Translations under genes and position numbers: made by a program
Notes under the pieces: model-generated
Told to the model about the DNA's origin: nothing
Databases searched by the model: none
What the model saw: only the letters and a program-made list of their open reading frames with translations
Source of the DNA: Octopus vulgaris
Taxonomy: Eukaryota
DNA: 64,000 nt
Assembly: GCA_951406725.2 (NCBI GenBank)
Contig: OX597821.1
Coordinates: forward strand, 51,026,001 to 51,090,000
Direction of reading: 5' to 3'
Shown here: positions 1-13,535 of the stretch, one piece after another
Layout: every line of letters begins with the position of its first letter
How positions within the stretch are numbered: position 1 is the stretch's first letter

Positions 1-218
1 GAAGGCGGCGAGCTGGCAGAATCGTTACCACGCCGGGCGAAATACGTAGTCGCATTTCGTCTGCCGTTACGTTCTGAGTTCAAATTCCGCCAAGGTCGAC
101 TTCGGGGTCGATAAATTAAGGACCAGTTACGCACTGGGGTCGATGTATTCGACTTAATACGTTTGCCTGTCCTTGTTTGTCCCCTCTGTGTTTAATCTCT
201 TGTGGGTAGTAAAGAAAT
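1..218 (+). mobile_element. tRNA-derived SINE, family A (Meta-like central domain)
   Basis: A-box-like GGCGAGCTGGCAGAATCG, B-box GAGTTCAAATTCC, central GGGGTCGATAAATTAAG.ACCAG; homologous to copies at 14003, 16667, 21293, 36883, 45290. Confidence 0.85.
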
Positions 219-499
219 ATATATCTTTTAAAAGGTGACAGCACAACAACACACGTGCTTTTCTTAGACCATTTTTTCTTCTCTCCGGACCTTTCTCCTT
301 TCCTCTTTCTGTCGAAGAGCCAGGTTCGTAGCGTCACACACCTCTTTCTCCATCTTAAATTGAGCATCAACTTAATACATTCACTGAGTAGGTCCTATTG
401 ACTTTTAATGTTTTGTTCTTGTTTTTATTATCGATTGGCCTATATGTGTGTGTGTATGTGCGTGTATATTTATTTATATGTATACGTCTCTTCTATTTT

Positions 500-1535
500 T
501 TATTTATTATAAATCTTCAACTGAGGAGGGAGCCAGTTTCCAACAAAGCTACAAGGCCCCATCTTTGGGATGTAGCTAACACAGACAAATTCATATTCAG
601 AACTTGAGAAAAGTCTTGCATATTTCTACAGTTCCACTCGCAGATTGCACTTGTAATGTACGAATTAGCTGGGCGATTTTTCTTTCTGAAAATCCCAGTT
701 TACCCAGATTCTCCTTTAAGCATTCACTAACAAAACACAGTGCTCCAATTATTATAGGTATGAATATGAATTCATAGTCTGGATATAGAAGCTGGAGGTT
801 TCGAATCAGATATCCTATTTTCTTTGATTTTCTAAGCTTATTTCAGGACAGTCTTTTTTGCGGATGGCATTATAGATTGTTTTAGCGACAACATCGTGCA
901 GCATAGGGAGGTAGTATCGTGACGATATTTTGGGACAACTGCTAATCACATGCGTGATGTCTTCCACAGAAACATGACATACCCTACACATGTGGTTGCA
1001 CCTTGGGATTACAAGAGCGTCACTGTCTCTCTTGTTCACCAGGTACTTTGTGGCAATTCCTGGATTACAAATGCATAGCCTTCAAAGTGCGATGTGATGT
1101 CGTGGTCTTATGTCGAAGAGAGGCTGCGCTTTGTGTCAGTTCTACTGTGTCAGTTCTTCAATCTTCAGGCAACAAACCCATGCATAAACTTTTTTAATGT
1201 ATGCTGAGTGCTTTCTATCCAGGTCTCCTCTGAGGTAAGGGAGCCCAGCTATTTTGGGGCTGTATAGGAGATCATCAGGAAGAGAGTGCTTCTTGAGTAG
1301 CTCACTGCCAACTCGTACAATATTGCTGACTTCGCTTTTCAGCACTGCATTTATATAATTACCTTTGCTGCTGTTTTCAGCAGGTGCTGTCTGAGTGATA
1401 CCATACAGATTTCGAAGGCTGCCTGCACTGATCTCAGGCTTTTACCACCTTCATTTCATCTTAGATAGAGCCTGTCAACATCACTGTTTCTGTGGAAGTT
1501 CCTTGATGTCAGGACTTTGCAGATTTTGATATCTA
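500..1535 (-). mobile_element. 3' fragment of R4/Dong-like RLE non-LTR retrotransposon (decayed)
   Basis: ORF 815-1039 has CCHC knuckle CRVCHVSVEDITHVISSCP followed by an RHD-like LHDVVAK; same family as 42060-42680. Confidence 0.85.
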
Positions 1536-1586
1536 TATATTGTTTGTAAGTTTGTATGTATGTATGTATGTATGTATGTATGCTTG

Positions 1587-1620
<34 letters not shown>

Positions 1621-2397
1621 TCTATCTATCTAACTAGTTAGCTATATACATATATATTACGTAAACCATTATATACATATGTGTAAGAGTGTACATATAT
1701 ATGTATTTTCATACATATACATGTACATTCCAATACACATTCATGTATATGTATTTTCATGCATATACATAAATTTATTAAAGATAATGTTTTATCACAT
1801 TATAACGCACGACTGTAATAATATCTAGTAACAAAACAACTGATAGCCTATTATATATACACTTTGAAAATTCCTTCGTAAATAATGAATTAGAGAATGA
1901 TATATTGTTACTTGAACTGTACGAATATTTGTATCCATGTATATGCAACAACACTTCCATAAACTAGTAACCATCTGTGGCAAATATTAGTCTTCTCAGA
2001 ATTAGAATTAGGACACTCACGCAATATATGGTATAATATATATAATTGAATCGCAATAAAATACAAAACATAACTTTATACGAAACTTATAATCTATATA
2101 AAGTTATATCCATCCATCCATCCATCCATCCACCCATCCATCCACCCATACATACATAAATACATACTGACTTATAACTTTAACCCTACAAGAACTATAT
2201 ATAACTTAAACTCTACAAGAACTAGAATTTCAATGATGAATAATTTAGAATCACGAACACACAAAATACAAATGTTTTGTAGTCAATCAGATCTTCACAC
2301 ATATACATCCTATCGTCAGCTCTGCGTCACGGATATTATTATGGTTTCGACACATGAGAAGTACTATTCAAACCGGCGGTTTCTGAAATACTATATA

Positions 2398-2815
2398 CAG
2401 TAATAATTTACCATATCGCGGTTCACCTATCGCGCCCTCAGTACATCGCGGATTTTTCTGACTAATATATGTAAATTTATATCGCGAACATGCTTAAGAA
2501 GGCATGTGGCCTATCACTAGAATGCCTTTCAACTCTAGCAAAAACAGCAAAAGAACTTCAGAGAAAGGCGGACGATTGGGACTCCCAGATGATTCGTGCG
2601 TTGCAATTCAGAAATGCAATTGACGGAACCATGGCAGTTTATAAAAATCTCCTTACACGTTAGAAAATGCACCGCTAGCAACTGTCCATCACTATGTTTC
2701 CCACTCGCAAAAAAAGAGAAGACACGGGTACTCCTAAGAGTGGGTGGGAGTTTATAAAAGCTTAAATATATAAAGATAAAATAAATATATATAAATTATT
2801 AAAAAAATATACAGT
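2398..2815 (+). mobile_element. pogo/Tigger DNA transposon, internally deleted
   Basis: TA|CAGTAAT...ATATCGCGGTTCACCTATCGCG terminus; translation DWDSQMIRALQFRNAIDGTMAVYKNLL...QLSITMF resembles a Tigger transposase C-terminus. Confidence 0.7.
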
Positions 2816-2822
2816 ACATTTA

Positions 2823-2958
2823 AGTTTCCGCCTCCCAAATCCACTCAGAAGGCTTTGGTCGGCCTGAGGCTTTGATGGAAGGCACTCGCCCAAGGTCCCA
2901 TGCAGTGAGACTGAACCCGGAGCCATGTGGTTGGGAAGCAAGTTTCTTACCACACGAC
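2823..2958 (-). mobile_element. SINE family B head (tRNA + CORE-like domain)
   Basis: Minus strand GTGGTAAGAAACTTGCTT...GGTTCAGTC...CCTTGGGCGAGTG; matches 15180-15341 and 46900-47065. Confidence 0.85.
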
Positions 2959-5082
2959 TACATATATATGCATGTATATGCGTTACCATTGTCATTTGTC
3001 TTGAAATTAATTGGTTTTAACTGGTAATGGAAATAGATTTTGAGAAACTTGCTTGATGGAATTTTATTTTAATGTCTTTTGAAAACAGAAAAACAGAACA
3101 TTGAATGAATTTTATGGTATTTTTGTTAGTGAATTTTAGCACTTGAAATAAAACGAACTATTTTCTTAATCTTAAAAATGCGGCTAAGGTTTCCTCAAAA
3201 ATACCATGAAGAAGATGTATCGTCTTAAAGTCGTCATTAAAGCAAGTATTTACTAATATTGCTTAAGAATAGAGCATGATGCAGAACGAAATAGATTTTA
3301 AAATAAAATTTGAAGTTTAAAATATTATAAGTGTTTAAAAAAATTATTGTAGATATAAAGAGAAGAAAAAAATAACACTCAAGATAATACTTTTTTCTGA
3401 AAAATCTCTTTAATAAATAAAAAGCAGTTTAAGATTCTTCGAAAGAAAAAGAAATATTTTGCATAAATTTGGATGGAAAACAATCGTCATTAAATTCACT
3501 AAATCTGGATATAAATAAAATCGATGAAAAACATTTCTAAAGTTTGCGAGGAAGTACATTACTTTTAATGATATTTTTGATAAAATATTTGTTTTGTGGA
3601 TGATTCTCTAATGAGATCATGCACACGCACATATCCGAAAATTTACTACTGCAACACAGTCAAGCATTTTCGACATCTTTCACTCAGTTTAACAAATACT
3701 CATTAAATAAAAAAAATCTGCTCATTCGCACCGTCTCTTCTTGTTTCCAATGTAACCACAGATTCTGTCATTGTGCGCTGCTTATCACCTCTGCCCCGAC
3801 GCCACAAATACTGTCGCTTCTATCCTTCGTAATTTCTATTGTGTTTCGTCCCTTAATGCTGCGTTAAACACTTTAATATCATCCATTAAAGAGTACAGTC
3901 GATTGTAAGTACTTCCTCCATTTTTCACATAGGCATCAGTCTACAGATTTACAAATCGAACATAGGCCTCAATGACCTTTGCCCTGCTTGCGTAAGTATG
4001 TAGATGTAATAGGACCAAAACGTCTCTTCTTATTATTAAATAAAAATCAATCTATGTCGATTATGCCATATATGATGGCATAGTATAATCTTTTACTTTC
4101 TGATGAATCAAGGAAGATGAAAACTGATGTATTTATAGACATACATAATCCATTCATCCATCCATCCATCAATCCATAAATTCTTACATACGTACATACA
4201 AATACATATATATATATATATGCATATGTATATGTATTTATACACACGCACTATATATACACATATATGTATATATATGTGTGTATTCTACAATGTTAAA
4301 GATTTAGCTCCATACACAGTTAATAGTTAACAGGCAATTTTGTAGTGTGCGTATAAGTATATGCATGTATATCTATATCAATGTATATGTACGTATATAT
4401 GTGTACGTATACCTTCCCCAACACAAAGATATATAATAATACGTGATTAACTCTATTTTTGAGGCGAATTTAAAGTATTTTATGCAGTGAATATGTTAAA
4501 CTATGTAATGTACTTGTACACAGTTGCTAATATTTTTGTTTTTTATGTGCCAATATAAATGTCGAGTTACGAAATAAACGAGTTATATTCAGTTTTCCAT
4601 TATTTGGACGGTGATATTATGTGTAATTTCATACATGCTTTTATTAATTCCTTAGTTTATAGAAAGAGTGAAATCCAAAAGAAGTGCCAAATCGAAGAAT
4701 ACATTTAAAAATAATTGGTTATTTTATTTCGTTAGCCTGGAATCCTTTTGAAGAAATATACATAAATACGATAAAATATATTAACGAGTGAGAAAATTTC
4801 CACGAATAGTCTGTTGAATATTAATGAGAGAGAATCTGTATGAGGAATTTTATTACTAATCATAACCAAGTTCTAGCAAGTTTTCTGCCATCATAAATCT
4901 ATAATAATTCTATGACAGAAGATTGTCTTGTTTTTCCGTATTTACGTGTGTTTGCAGATTCAAATTACGTGAATGTGAATTGGTTGTTTACTTATAAAGA
5001 TGTGTATGAATGGTGTGACCCGTCTGCGTTTCTCGTTATTAATTTGATCTCAATACGTTATTGCATTAACCACCAGCGGGAT

Positions 5083-5210
5083 ATTATTATTATTATTATT
5101 GTTGTTGTTGTTGTTATTATTTTTATTATTATTATTATTATTATTATTGTTGTTGTTGTTGTTGTTGTTGTTATTATTATTATTATTATTATAATTATTA
5201 TTATTATTAT
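5083..5210. repeat. (ATT)n/(GTT)n microsatellite, tail/target of the adjacent retrotransposon
   Basis: Directly visible; abuts the 3' end of the minus-strand element. Confidence 0.9.
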
Positions 5211-8200
5211 TTTATGTTTGACTTTATACATTTATACAAGTTGGCTCCAAGTCTCACCCAGAGACATCAAGAGACGAGTTAGAAGTTCATGTTGGTGTTA
5301 TGCCTAGGGTGCCATATATTTGGTTTTGTACATAGTGTTGTTCTAGAGAAAGCTTAAGAAACCATAAGAAAATTATATGTATGTTTTAAAATTTGAGATT
5401 ACATAGAAAGTATTTTGTGTAGGATATGGGCTGTTCCCATGAGCACTTTCTGTTTAATTTCTGCTATTTTGGGGTTTCCTGGTATCTGAGCTAGGTAGCA
5501 ATCAACTCCTTTTGCTCTCATTCATAGGGCACCTATGACAACAGTCATCTTTAATCTTCAGGGTCCACATTAGCGAATTTCTATTTCAAGATCTTTATAC
5601 TTGCTCAGTTTTTGGCAGGTCTTGACAGATATGTTTATATCGATTGGGACAGTCGTATCAATGAGGAGGCATAATTTTTGTCTGAAGTCTTTCAAAATGA
5701 TGTCTGACCTATTTGCATCTATCTTTCTGTCAGTTGGTGAAGTTCCAGAGTAGTGACAAGTGATCATTTTCAAGCACTGGGTGTGGTTTGTGTTCCCACC
5801 AGTTTTTATCATGGAGCAAGTCCACATTTTTGGAAATTACCCAGTGAATATATTGTGCAGCTCTATGAAGCCTGTTGAGATACTCCGTAGGCGCAAGAAG
5901 GTGACAGCATGATCAATAGTCTCATTTTGTTGTTGACATACCCGACATACTGGGGAGCTGCCGTTGTTGGCCTGGTAGTTCCTTGTAGGTAGGCATTGAT
6001 GTTGGGCTGCTACGATAAACACTTCTGTTTCTGATTTTAAGTCAGAAGCCATTAGCCATTAATGGGTAAGCGCTTTGTCAACATCGACATTATTAGCTCT
6101 CTTTGTGTATTTGCGTATTTGCCATTGAGAGGTTTTTCTTGCCATTTGTCAGTCAGAATATCTAAGGCAGCAGTTTTAGCGCGGGTTTTCATGCGCTTAG
6201 CTTTTTCTGCACTTGTTTATAGTACGTCTAATTCTGGAATTTGTTGTATTCAGAATTCCCTTAGATATTCCTTTGCCTGTTTTGTTACTGAGAATGATAC
6301 TTTCTTGTTTTCATGTTTTGAGACAAGTTTTAACATCCAGTCCTTCGAGTTTTTCAGGTAGGTATCTAGGCCAATTGTGGCAATCTTCATTGTTAATACT
6401 AGTTGTAAAAGTCCACGGCCTCCCTCTTTTCTTGGCAGATAAAGTCGCTCTATATCTGCATTAGGGTGGTGCATTCTATGCATTGTCAACAGTTTCCATA
6501 TTTTTCTGTCTAGATGACATATTTCAGTAATATGGCTAAAGCATTGATTGCTTCGATCCTGTTTCTTGCATTCAGCTATGTCTCCAGTATTTCTCTTCCT
6601 GCGATAACATTCTCTTCTGATCCTTTCCTTCATCACTGAATGTTTGATTCCGTCCCATTCAATTACCCCTAGGTATTTGTATCTCTCCGCTGGTTCTAAC
6701 TTTTTTATGACAGTCTGCTAGTCAAGGTTAACGTTAGATGTTTCTGTCAATGTTCCTTTGATAAAGGTATCTTTTGCACATTTATCGAGGCCAAATTGCA
6801 TCCTGATATCATCACTTAATTGTTTAACACTCGCTAGTAAGTCCTTGTGTTGCTGGTGATTTTTTGCAAATAGCTTTAAATCATCCATGGAAATGAGATG
6901 ATATATATTTTTATCAAACATTTTATAACCGTACTGTGCCTCATTGAGCAATTGTGAGAGAGGTATTAAGGTTAGACAAAAGAGAAGTGGTGATAGTGAG
7001 TTACTCTGGAACATGCCACATGAAATTCTTACATCTTCAGCATTTAGAGATTCATTGTCACTGTTCAAAATCAGTGTGCCCCTCCATGATCTCATACTTA
7101 TAGACAAAAAGTTTCGCCCAGTAGGAGCTATTTTATACATTTCCAGACATTTCTTAATCCAGCTATGTGGTAGGCTATCAAAAGCATTTTTATAGTGTAT
7201 CCAGGCTATTGACAAGTTTTTGTATCGTTTGTGACAATCTCCTAAGATCAGCCATAAGTTCCACGTTTACATCCTTTTTACTCATTCGGGAATATACTAC
7301 TCTCTATTAAAATAAACTATAGATATATTCAGTCAGGACAGATGTTAGCGTTTTATACATTGTTGTTAAGCAGGTTATGGGTCGATAATTTTTTGGTTCA
7401 TTTGTTTCTTCATTTTATGGAAGTAGGAATGTTAAACCATTAACTAGCCAAGAGGGTATCATACTAGGATGTTGCAAAACATCGTTGTAAAGTTTTGTTA
7501 GTAGTTCATGGCTCTCTGGGAAGTTCAACCAGAAATTAGGAATTGTATCCTTTCCTGGAGACTTCCATTTGCTTGATCTCCTGAGAACATATCTTATATC
7601 TTCTACCTTGACACCCTCCCACTTTGCTCCTCTAAGGAGTCTAAGTCTGTAGATATTCTATCAATCCAAGGGGCCTTTTTTCATTGTGTGTTTTTTCTTC
7701 TACCCAAATTTTATTCCAAAATTCCTGCACTTCTTCTTTTGATGGAACAGGCTTTAATGTAAAGTGAATCTTCGCTATCTTCCTGTAAAATGTTTCGAGT
7801 TTATTTTTGAACATGTTTTTGTCCTTAAAGAATCTAACACGCTTTTCATACCTTGCCATGCGGACAACTTTAGCACGTACATTGTGCTTGATAGTTTCTA
7901 TGGTGGTATAAATGTCCAATATGATTTTCATATAATTTTTCTATAGTTTTCGGGTTTTTGTAGGTTTGGTAGTCTTGTTAAACTTAAGCTTTTTCAAACA
8001 TTCTGTGTCAAACCTAAGTAGCTTAATTTGGTGTTGAATACGCTCTTGCCAAGAAGGTTTTTTGTGGGAATGTTGTCGTTTTCTAATCTTTTCACCACAT
8101 AGAATCGTTGAGATTTTCACAGATGCATAAGTACAGGTGGTTGAGATCTGTAATATCAACATCATTAGCTGAAATTATATCCTTAAGTGAAAGGCGGATT

Positions 8201-9300
8201 TTGCCAATTATTTTCAGGTTTTAGTTAGAATTACGAATTTTTGGGAGAGTATCGCTTTCATTTATACTAGTTTCTTTAATTTTCAGCCATTTAATCATGA
8301 TTTGATTTTTTTGATCATGTAGCTCTGTTGGGTCAATTTCTGTGTGACTCTCTTCATCTATTTCTTTATTTCATCTATTTCTTAGTGTTTATGGTTGGTT
8401 CAGAGAGCATTTCACTTTGCTTATTAGTTATATTAACACTTTCAATCATTACTGCATTTTCATCAGCCCCGGGCTGGTCTGTAATTATTTCCTCAGTAGT
8501 ATCTTCTTTAGCTACAGCTTCATTCTTTTTATCCCTTACTGCTTGTTTAATTTGGTCAATCTCTACTTCAGTTAGTAATTTTTTTTTCATAATGTTTCTT
8601 CTTACTTTGACAAGTGTGTTACTGTCTACGTAGGGTCTTCAATGTGTTTCTGTCTCCAGTTTAAGTAGGTTTGTACAGTTTTAGATTTATTTGTGGGGAA
8701 ATAAATGGCATGGTAGAAGGCTGTAAGAACTTCTTTATTATCTTCCCTAGACCATTTTTCGTTCTTTTTCTTTTCGCTGTTTGATGACGAGCATGGATGG
8801 CTATATGCTGGAATATTCTGGTTCTGGGGTACTTCCAACTCCTGTGTGTCGGGAAGATTTGAACCAGTAGCTGATTTCTCGTATCGAATCTGGTTCCTCA
8901 TTCGAGTACGTGGCCATTTGTAATGCGGTCGATAATCCTTCCGGTTTGTCTTTTACTTTGTTAACAGTGAGGAATGACGAGCTTCGTCGTTGACATTAGG
9001 GAACGGGTCTATCTGTTTAGGGTTAATTGTAAACATTGCCCGTAACGTAGCTTCTTAAGGCTAACGACTATATCAAGTACGCGGCCCTTTGTGATCCGGC
9101 CGACGACTCATCTGGTTTGTAATTTACTTTGTTATTATTGAGGCATGACGAGCTGCGACGTTGACATTAAGGGACGGATTTGTCTGTATAGGGCCAATTT
9201 TTTGAGACAACACCGTCACCGAGTTCTCTGCATGTAAACATTGATCTACTGTAACTTCTTAAGACTAACAGATCTGTATTCGTCTGTATCTTTTTGTTGA
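5211..9300 (-). mobile_element. Near-full-length decayed R4/Dong-clade non-LTR retrotransposon (N-terminal domain, RT, CCHC, PD-(D/E)xK RLE)
   Basis: Frameshifted ORF pieces: KWSREDNKEVLTAFY, AWIHYKNAFDSLPHSWI, GMFQSNSLSPLLFC, ISMDDLKLFA, RLYLPRKEGGRGL, LKSETEVFIVAAQ, CRVCQQQNETIDH, NRSDIILKD...IDTTVP...KLSKYKDL; ends in (AAT)n. 5' boundary approximate. Confidence 0.92.
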
Positions 9301-9439
9301 TAGGTTTATCTCCGAGCACTGCTTTTTGTGGTGTTTTTAAATTTATGAATGGTTCACTCTGTCTGTGTTAGTTCGAAATCTAAAAAATAAAAAAGAAAAA
9401 AAGTTTCGTTTTTGATTTTTACTTCGTTTTTGACAAATT

Positions 9440-9560
9440 CCAGCGAGGCCAACTTCGTCTTTCATTCTTTCAGAATCAATAAATTAAATACCAGTTAAGC
9501 TCTGGGGTCGATGTAATCGAATAACCGTTCCCCTTACATCTGGGATTCTGCCAAATTTAT
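9440..9560 (+). mobile_element. SINE family A fragment
   Basis: CTTTCATTCTTTCAGAATCAATAAATTAAATACCAG...CTGGGGTCGATGTAATCGA. Confidence 0.7.
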
Positions 9561-9922
9561 AAAGAATCACCATTTCTGTTGTTATTGTTTGTACTTTAAC
9601 TTCATTCTGTTTAGCAGTAGAAACTTAATTAAAGACTTAATCCATGGACCACAGTTATGAAATAATATCTAAGCCAACGCAAAAAAAAAAAAACGATAAT
9701 AGTAAAAATAGTTTCACTGCTCTTAGGTTATAATGTTTCATCTTCTGAAAGTTTAAGAGACCAAATCAGTTGTAATTAACTAATTAATCAAATTCATTCA
9801 AGTGTTCACTACTCGCATGTCATCGTTAGTCTTAAATTTATGCTACTGCCAACATCACAAATAACATCTGATATATTATGCACAAAACTACTATGACGCT
9901 GCCATTGAAGTGCGAATACGGC

Positions 9923-9957
<35 letters not shown>

Positions 9958-9959
<2 letters not shown>

Positions 9960-10247
9960 CCAGGCTATCAGATGTTGCTACACATTGCTGGTCACAATGC
10001 GCTTCGCATTGTTTTAGCCTTCAAATGACGTCACCTCGCTGGCTAAGCGAGCAGGCCAACAGAAGGAAGAGTGAGAGAAAGTTGTGGCTAAAGAGTACAG
10101 CAGGGATCGCCACCACTCCCTGCTGGAGCCTCGTGGACCTTTAGGTGTTTCCACTCAATAAATACTCACAACGCCCAGTCTGGGAATCGAAATCGTGATG
10201 CTACGACCGCAAGTCCGCTGCCCTAAAAACTGGGCCATTGCGCCTCC
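9958..10247 (-). mobile_element. tRNA-derived SINE, family C
   Basis: Minus strand GGAGGCGCAATGGCCCAG...GCAGCGGACTTGCGGTCG...TTTCGATTCCCAGACTGGGCG; head and body shared with 26496-26801. Confidence 0.8.
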
Positions 10248-10286
10248 ACACACACACACACGTGTGTGTGTGTGTATGTATATACT

Positions 10287-10335
<49 letters not shown>

Positions 10336-10522
10336 GTATACACTTATATATATATACTTACACATACTTACTTTTGAAAGCCTAGTATTTATCCTATCGG
10401 TCTCTTGCTGGACCGCTAAGTTACGGGGTGCAAAAACACAAAAAACCCCCACAAAGACGGGGTTAAAGAAGAACAAATAATATATATATATATATGTTAT
10501 TTGTTGTTCTTTCACCACACAA

Positions 10523-10554
<32 letters not shown>

Positions 10555-11379
10555 TGTAGTTATTGGATCATGTAGACTAAGGTAAATGATGTCTGAAAGA
10601 AACTGCTAGTCAAATTTGGAAATCATTTGATCATAGTTCTTTGTTTCATATTATAAAATATTGGGGTAAACAGGAAAAAAACCCAGATTAATAACTAATA
10701 TTAGATAATTATAACGAAATAATTCGTTAGAAAATATATCTTAGGTCTATCATTTTAAAACAGGCTCCGTGACTGTGATAGGCTTCCATAATATTTTTAC
10801 TAGTAAATTTCGCTCAAAGAGTTTTGTTCTTGCCATGGCTTTTGTAGAAGGCAAGTAATGATTCGGATATTAAAACTCATATTTGCAAAGTGGACGTTTC
10901 AACCACAAAGGCAGAGTTGCACTAATACTTCTTTGTTGAATTTATTCTCAATTTTCCCTTCATTTAATCAATAATATGCAACTATATAAATTGGCATAAA
11001 GAAAATGTAACGAATTGTTTTTAGATTTAATTGAGTCAATATTTCATCGTGAACTCATTTACCCAAAATATCTGTTGCTAAGCCAGTGTGATCCCTCACA
11101 TTTCTTCCTGTAATTCATCACGAATTCAATAATAGTAATCATGTGTCATGTGGTTGCAATTACACATGTTAAATGCAATACAAATGTGGATGTGGAGTGA
11201 TGGACGACCGTGCAAACACTTCGGAAGATTTAAACATTTAATTAAAAAGTTAATATGGAAATTTTAAAGAATTAAAGAACGGCCAATTCGATAATGTTAA
11301 TAACACATCTGAGAAAGGTCAGAGAATGAATAAATTCACAGAGATTTGTAGATGTCTCACTCTCTCTCTCACTACGTGT

Positions 11380-11441
<62 letters not shown>

Positions 11442-11486
11442 GTATATATATATATATGTATATATATATATGTATATATATATATG

Positions 11487-11518
<32 letters not shown>

Positions 11519-11548
11519 TATGTATAAATATATATGTATATATATATG

Positions 11549-11583
<35 letters not shown>

Positions 11584-11748
11584 GTATATATAAAATAAAT
11601 ATAAGAGAGTGGTCACTATATTGATCACTCTAGCACCAGTTAATCCAAAAGGTTTCAACCACGAAAATACATGTTTCCCATGAAAGCCAGTACGACTGTT
11701 AGCTCACACGGACAGGGCAAATAAAAAATAACAAAAATACAGATTATT

Positions 11749-11824
11749 TTGGGACAATTGTTTCGCTATCAATGAATTAAATGTAATATTACTTACAATA
11801 ATCCATTTGTAGCTCGTCAGCCAA
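11749..11824 (-). ncRNA. Type I hammerhead ribozyme motif, canonical core
   Basis: TTGG-CTGACGA-GCTA[long hairpin]TAGC-GAAA-CAATTG-TC-CCAA; all core nucleotides present, GUC site. Confidence 0.88.
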
Positions 11825-11986
11825 GACTATCTGGATGAAATCCACTCAATCACACGCCAGATTTTACCATAACGATAAATACGCGTGTGGTTCAATTGAT
11901 TACATCCGACGTTATAATTCAAATGCCCCAACCAACAGCGCGCCAAACTCTCACGGAAAACAAATACAGCATTTAGAAATAAATGC

Positions 11987-12020
<34 letters not shown>

Positions 12021-12021
12021 G

Positions 12022-12052
<31 letters not shown>

Positions 12053-12065
12053 ACATATATATATG

Positions 12066-12096
<31 letters not shown>

Positions 12097-12440
12097 GTAT
12101 ATATATATATATATATGTATAATATATATGTATACGTATATATATATATATATGTATATATATATGTGTGTATATATACATGTGTATATATACATGTGTA
12201 TATATATATATGTATATATATGTATATATGTATATATGTATATATATATATGAATATATATGAATATGTATATATATAAATATACAAAATTTAGATGATT
12301 GACCACTAAAAGTCTATCATTGGATAGTGGTCAGTCCTCTATATGTTGTATATAAAACAATTTTTAATCTTCAGATTTTTAAAAATATGCTAAACCACTG
12401 GTTTTAATTGATTAATATCAATTTCGACTCTTATCTAATT

Positions 12441-12489
<49 letters not shown>

Positions 12490-12959
12490 CACATATATAT
12501 ATAAACTTAATGTCTCTTTAGAGGTATATATCATCCAGACGGATACCTTGTTTTTCTGAGTTATGCTTCAGGCTACTCTGTGCAGCGGAAACAGGTGTAG
12601 GTTGTGGTAACCATAAAAATATGCAGTATGACATACCGTAAAATAAAAGGAAATACTTTCTGAGGATGCACCAGCCTTCATATTCCATATACATGCATAC
12701 ATATGTACATATATACCTCACGTTGATTTGCGGTCACTTCAACATCTGACGTGCAGCACACCATGCCATTATTTCTTTGGAGTAAGAGTGAACATGTGAT
12801 TATTAAAAACATGTGATTACTATAAACAAATCATTTGTACGGATTGTTCAGCAACCAGCTGTGCATTCCGTATCTTTCGTCTACAATACGAGAATCAACC
12901 TTATATTTCTATGCATATATATTTACATAAGTGTGTTAATGTGTGCATGTATGTATATG

Positions 12960-13088
12960 TGTCGAAGAGCGTAGGCTCGAAACGTAAAATACGTTTTCTA
13001 TTTCTATTCCTGAGCGCTATACTAATACATTTGTTTGTTTGTACCCCACCTGCCTTCGTCTTTTGTTTATTTTCGTAAACTTTCCCGT
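12960..13088 (+). mobile_element. Small microsatellite-associated repeat with minimal variant HHR (family H)
   Basis: TGTCGAAGAGCGTAGGCTCGAAACGTA...TTCCTGAGCG...CTAATACA...CACCTGCCTTCGTCTTTTG; homologous to 25205, 38960, 56900. Confidence 0.7.
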
Positions 13089-13153
13089 TATATATATATA
13101 TATATATATATACACACGCTCACACCTCACACACACACACATACACACACACA

Positions 13154-13199
<46 letters not shown>

Positions 13200-13207
<8 letters not shown>

Positions 13208-13369
13208 ATATGGTGAATTTATGGAGTGAAGTCCCTTAAACTCATCAATTTAGTTAAAAATGGAGGAGATAAGTTGCTTATATGTTTTAACAACATATCT
13301 CCTCTATTTTAAAACTAAATTGATGAAATTTATGGGACTTCACACCATAAAGTCAGCATATATTCTATA
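13200..13369. repeat. Foldback inverted repeat (~77-bp imperfect arms, 14-nt loop)
   Basis: TAGAATATATGGTGAATTTATGG...GAGATAAGTTG is complementary to CAACATATCTC...CCATAAAGTCAGCATATATTCTA. Confidence 0.9.
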
Positions 13370-13535
13370 CAAGTACGACTATCTTCGCAAATTTACGCCT
13401 GCAAACTCCCAGCAAAGTATGAAGAAACAACGTTAGAGATCGTTTTAGAAACCTCCGAATTAAAGGACGAATCCACAATCAACCTTTATACACACAAATA
13501 TATATATATACGCATATACACACGCCTAAATATAT

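Noticed and set aside
11272-12306. Long ORFs rich in YI/HT/VC repeats here and at 23.7, 47.7, 57, 59.3 and 62.7 kb
   Set aside because: Translations of (TA)n/(CA)n microsatellites, which lack stop codons
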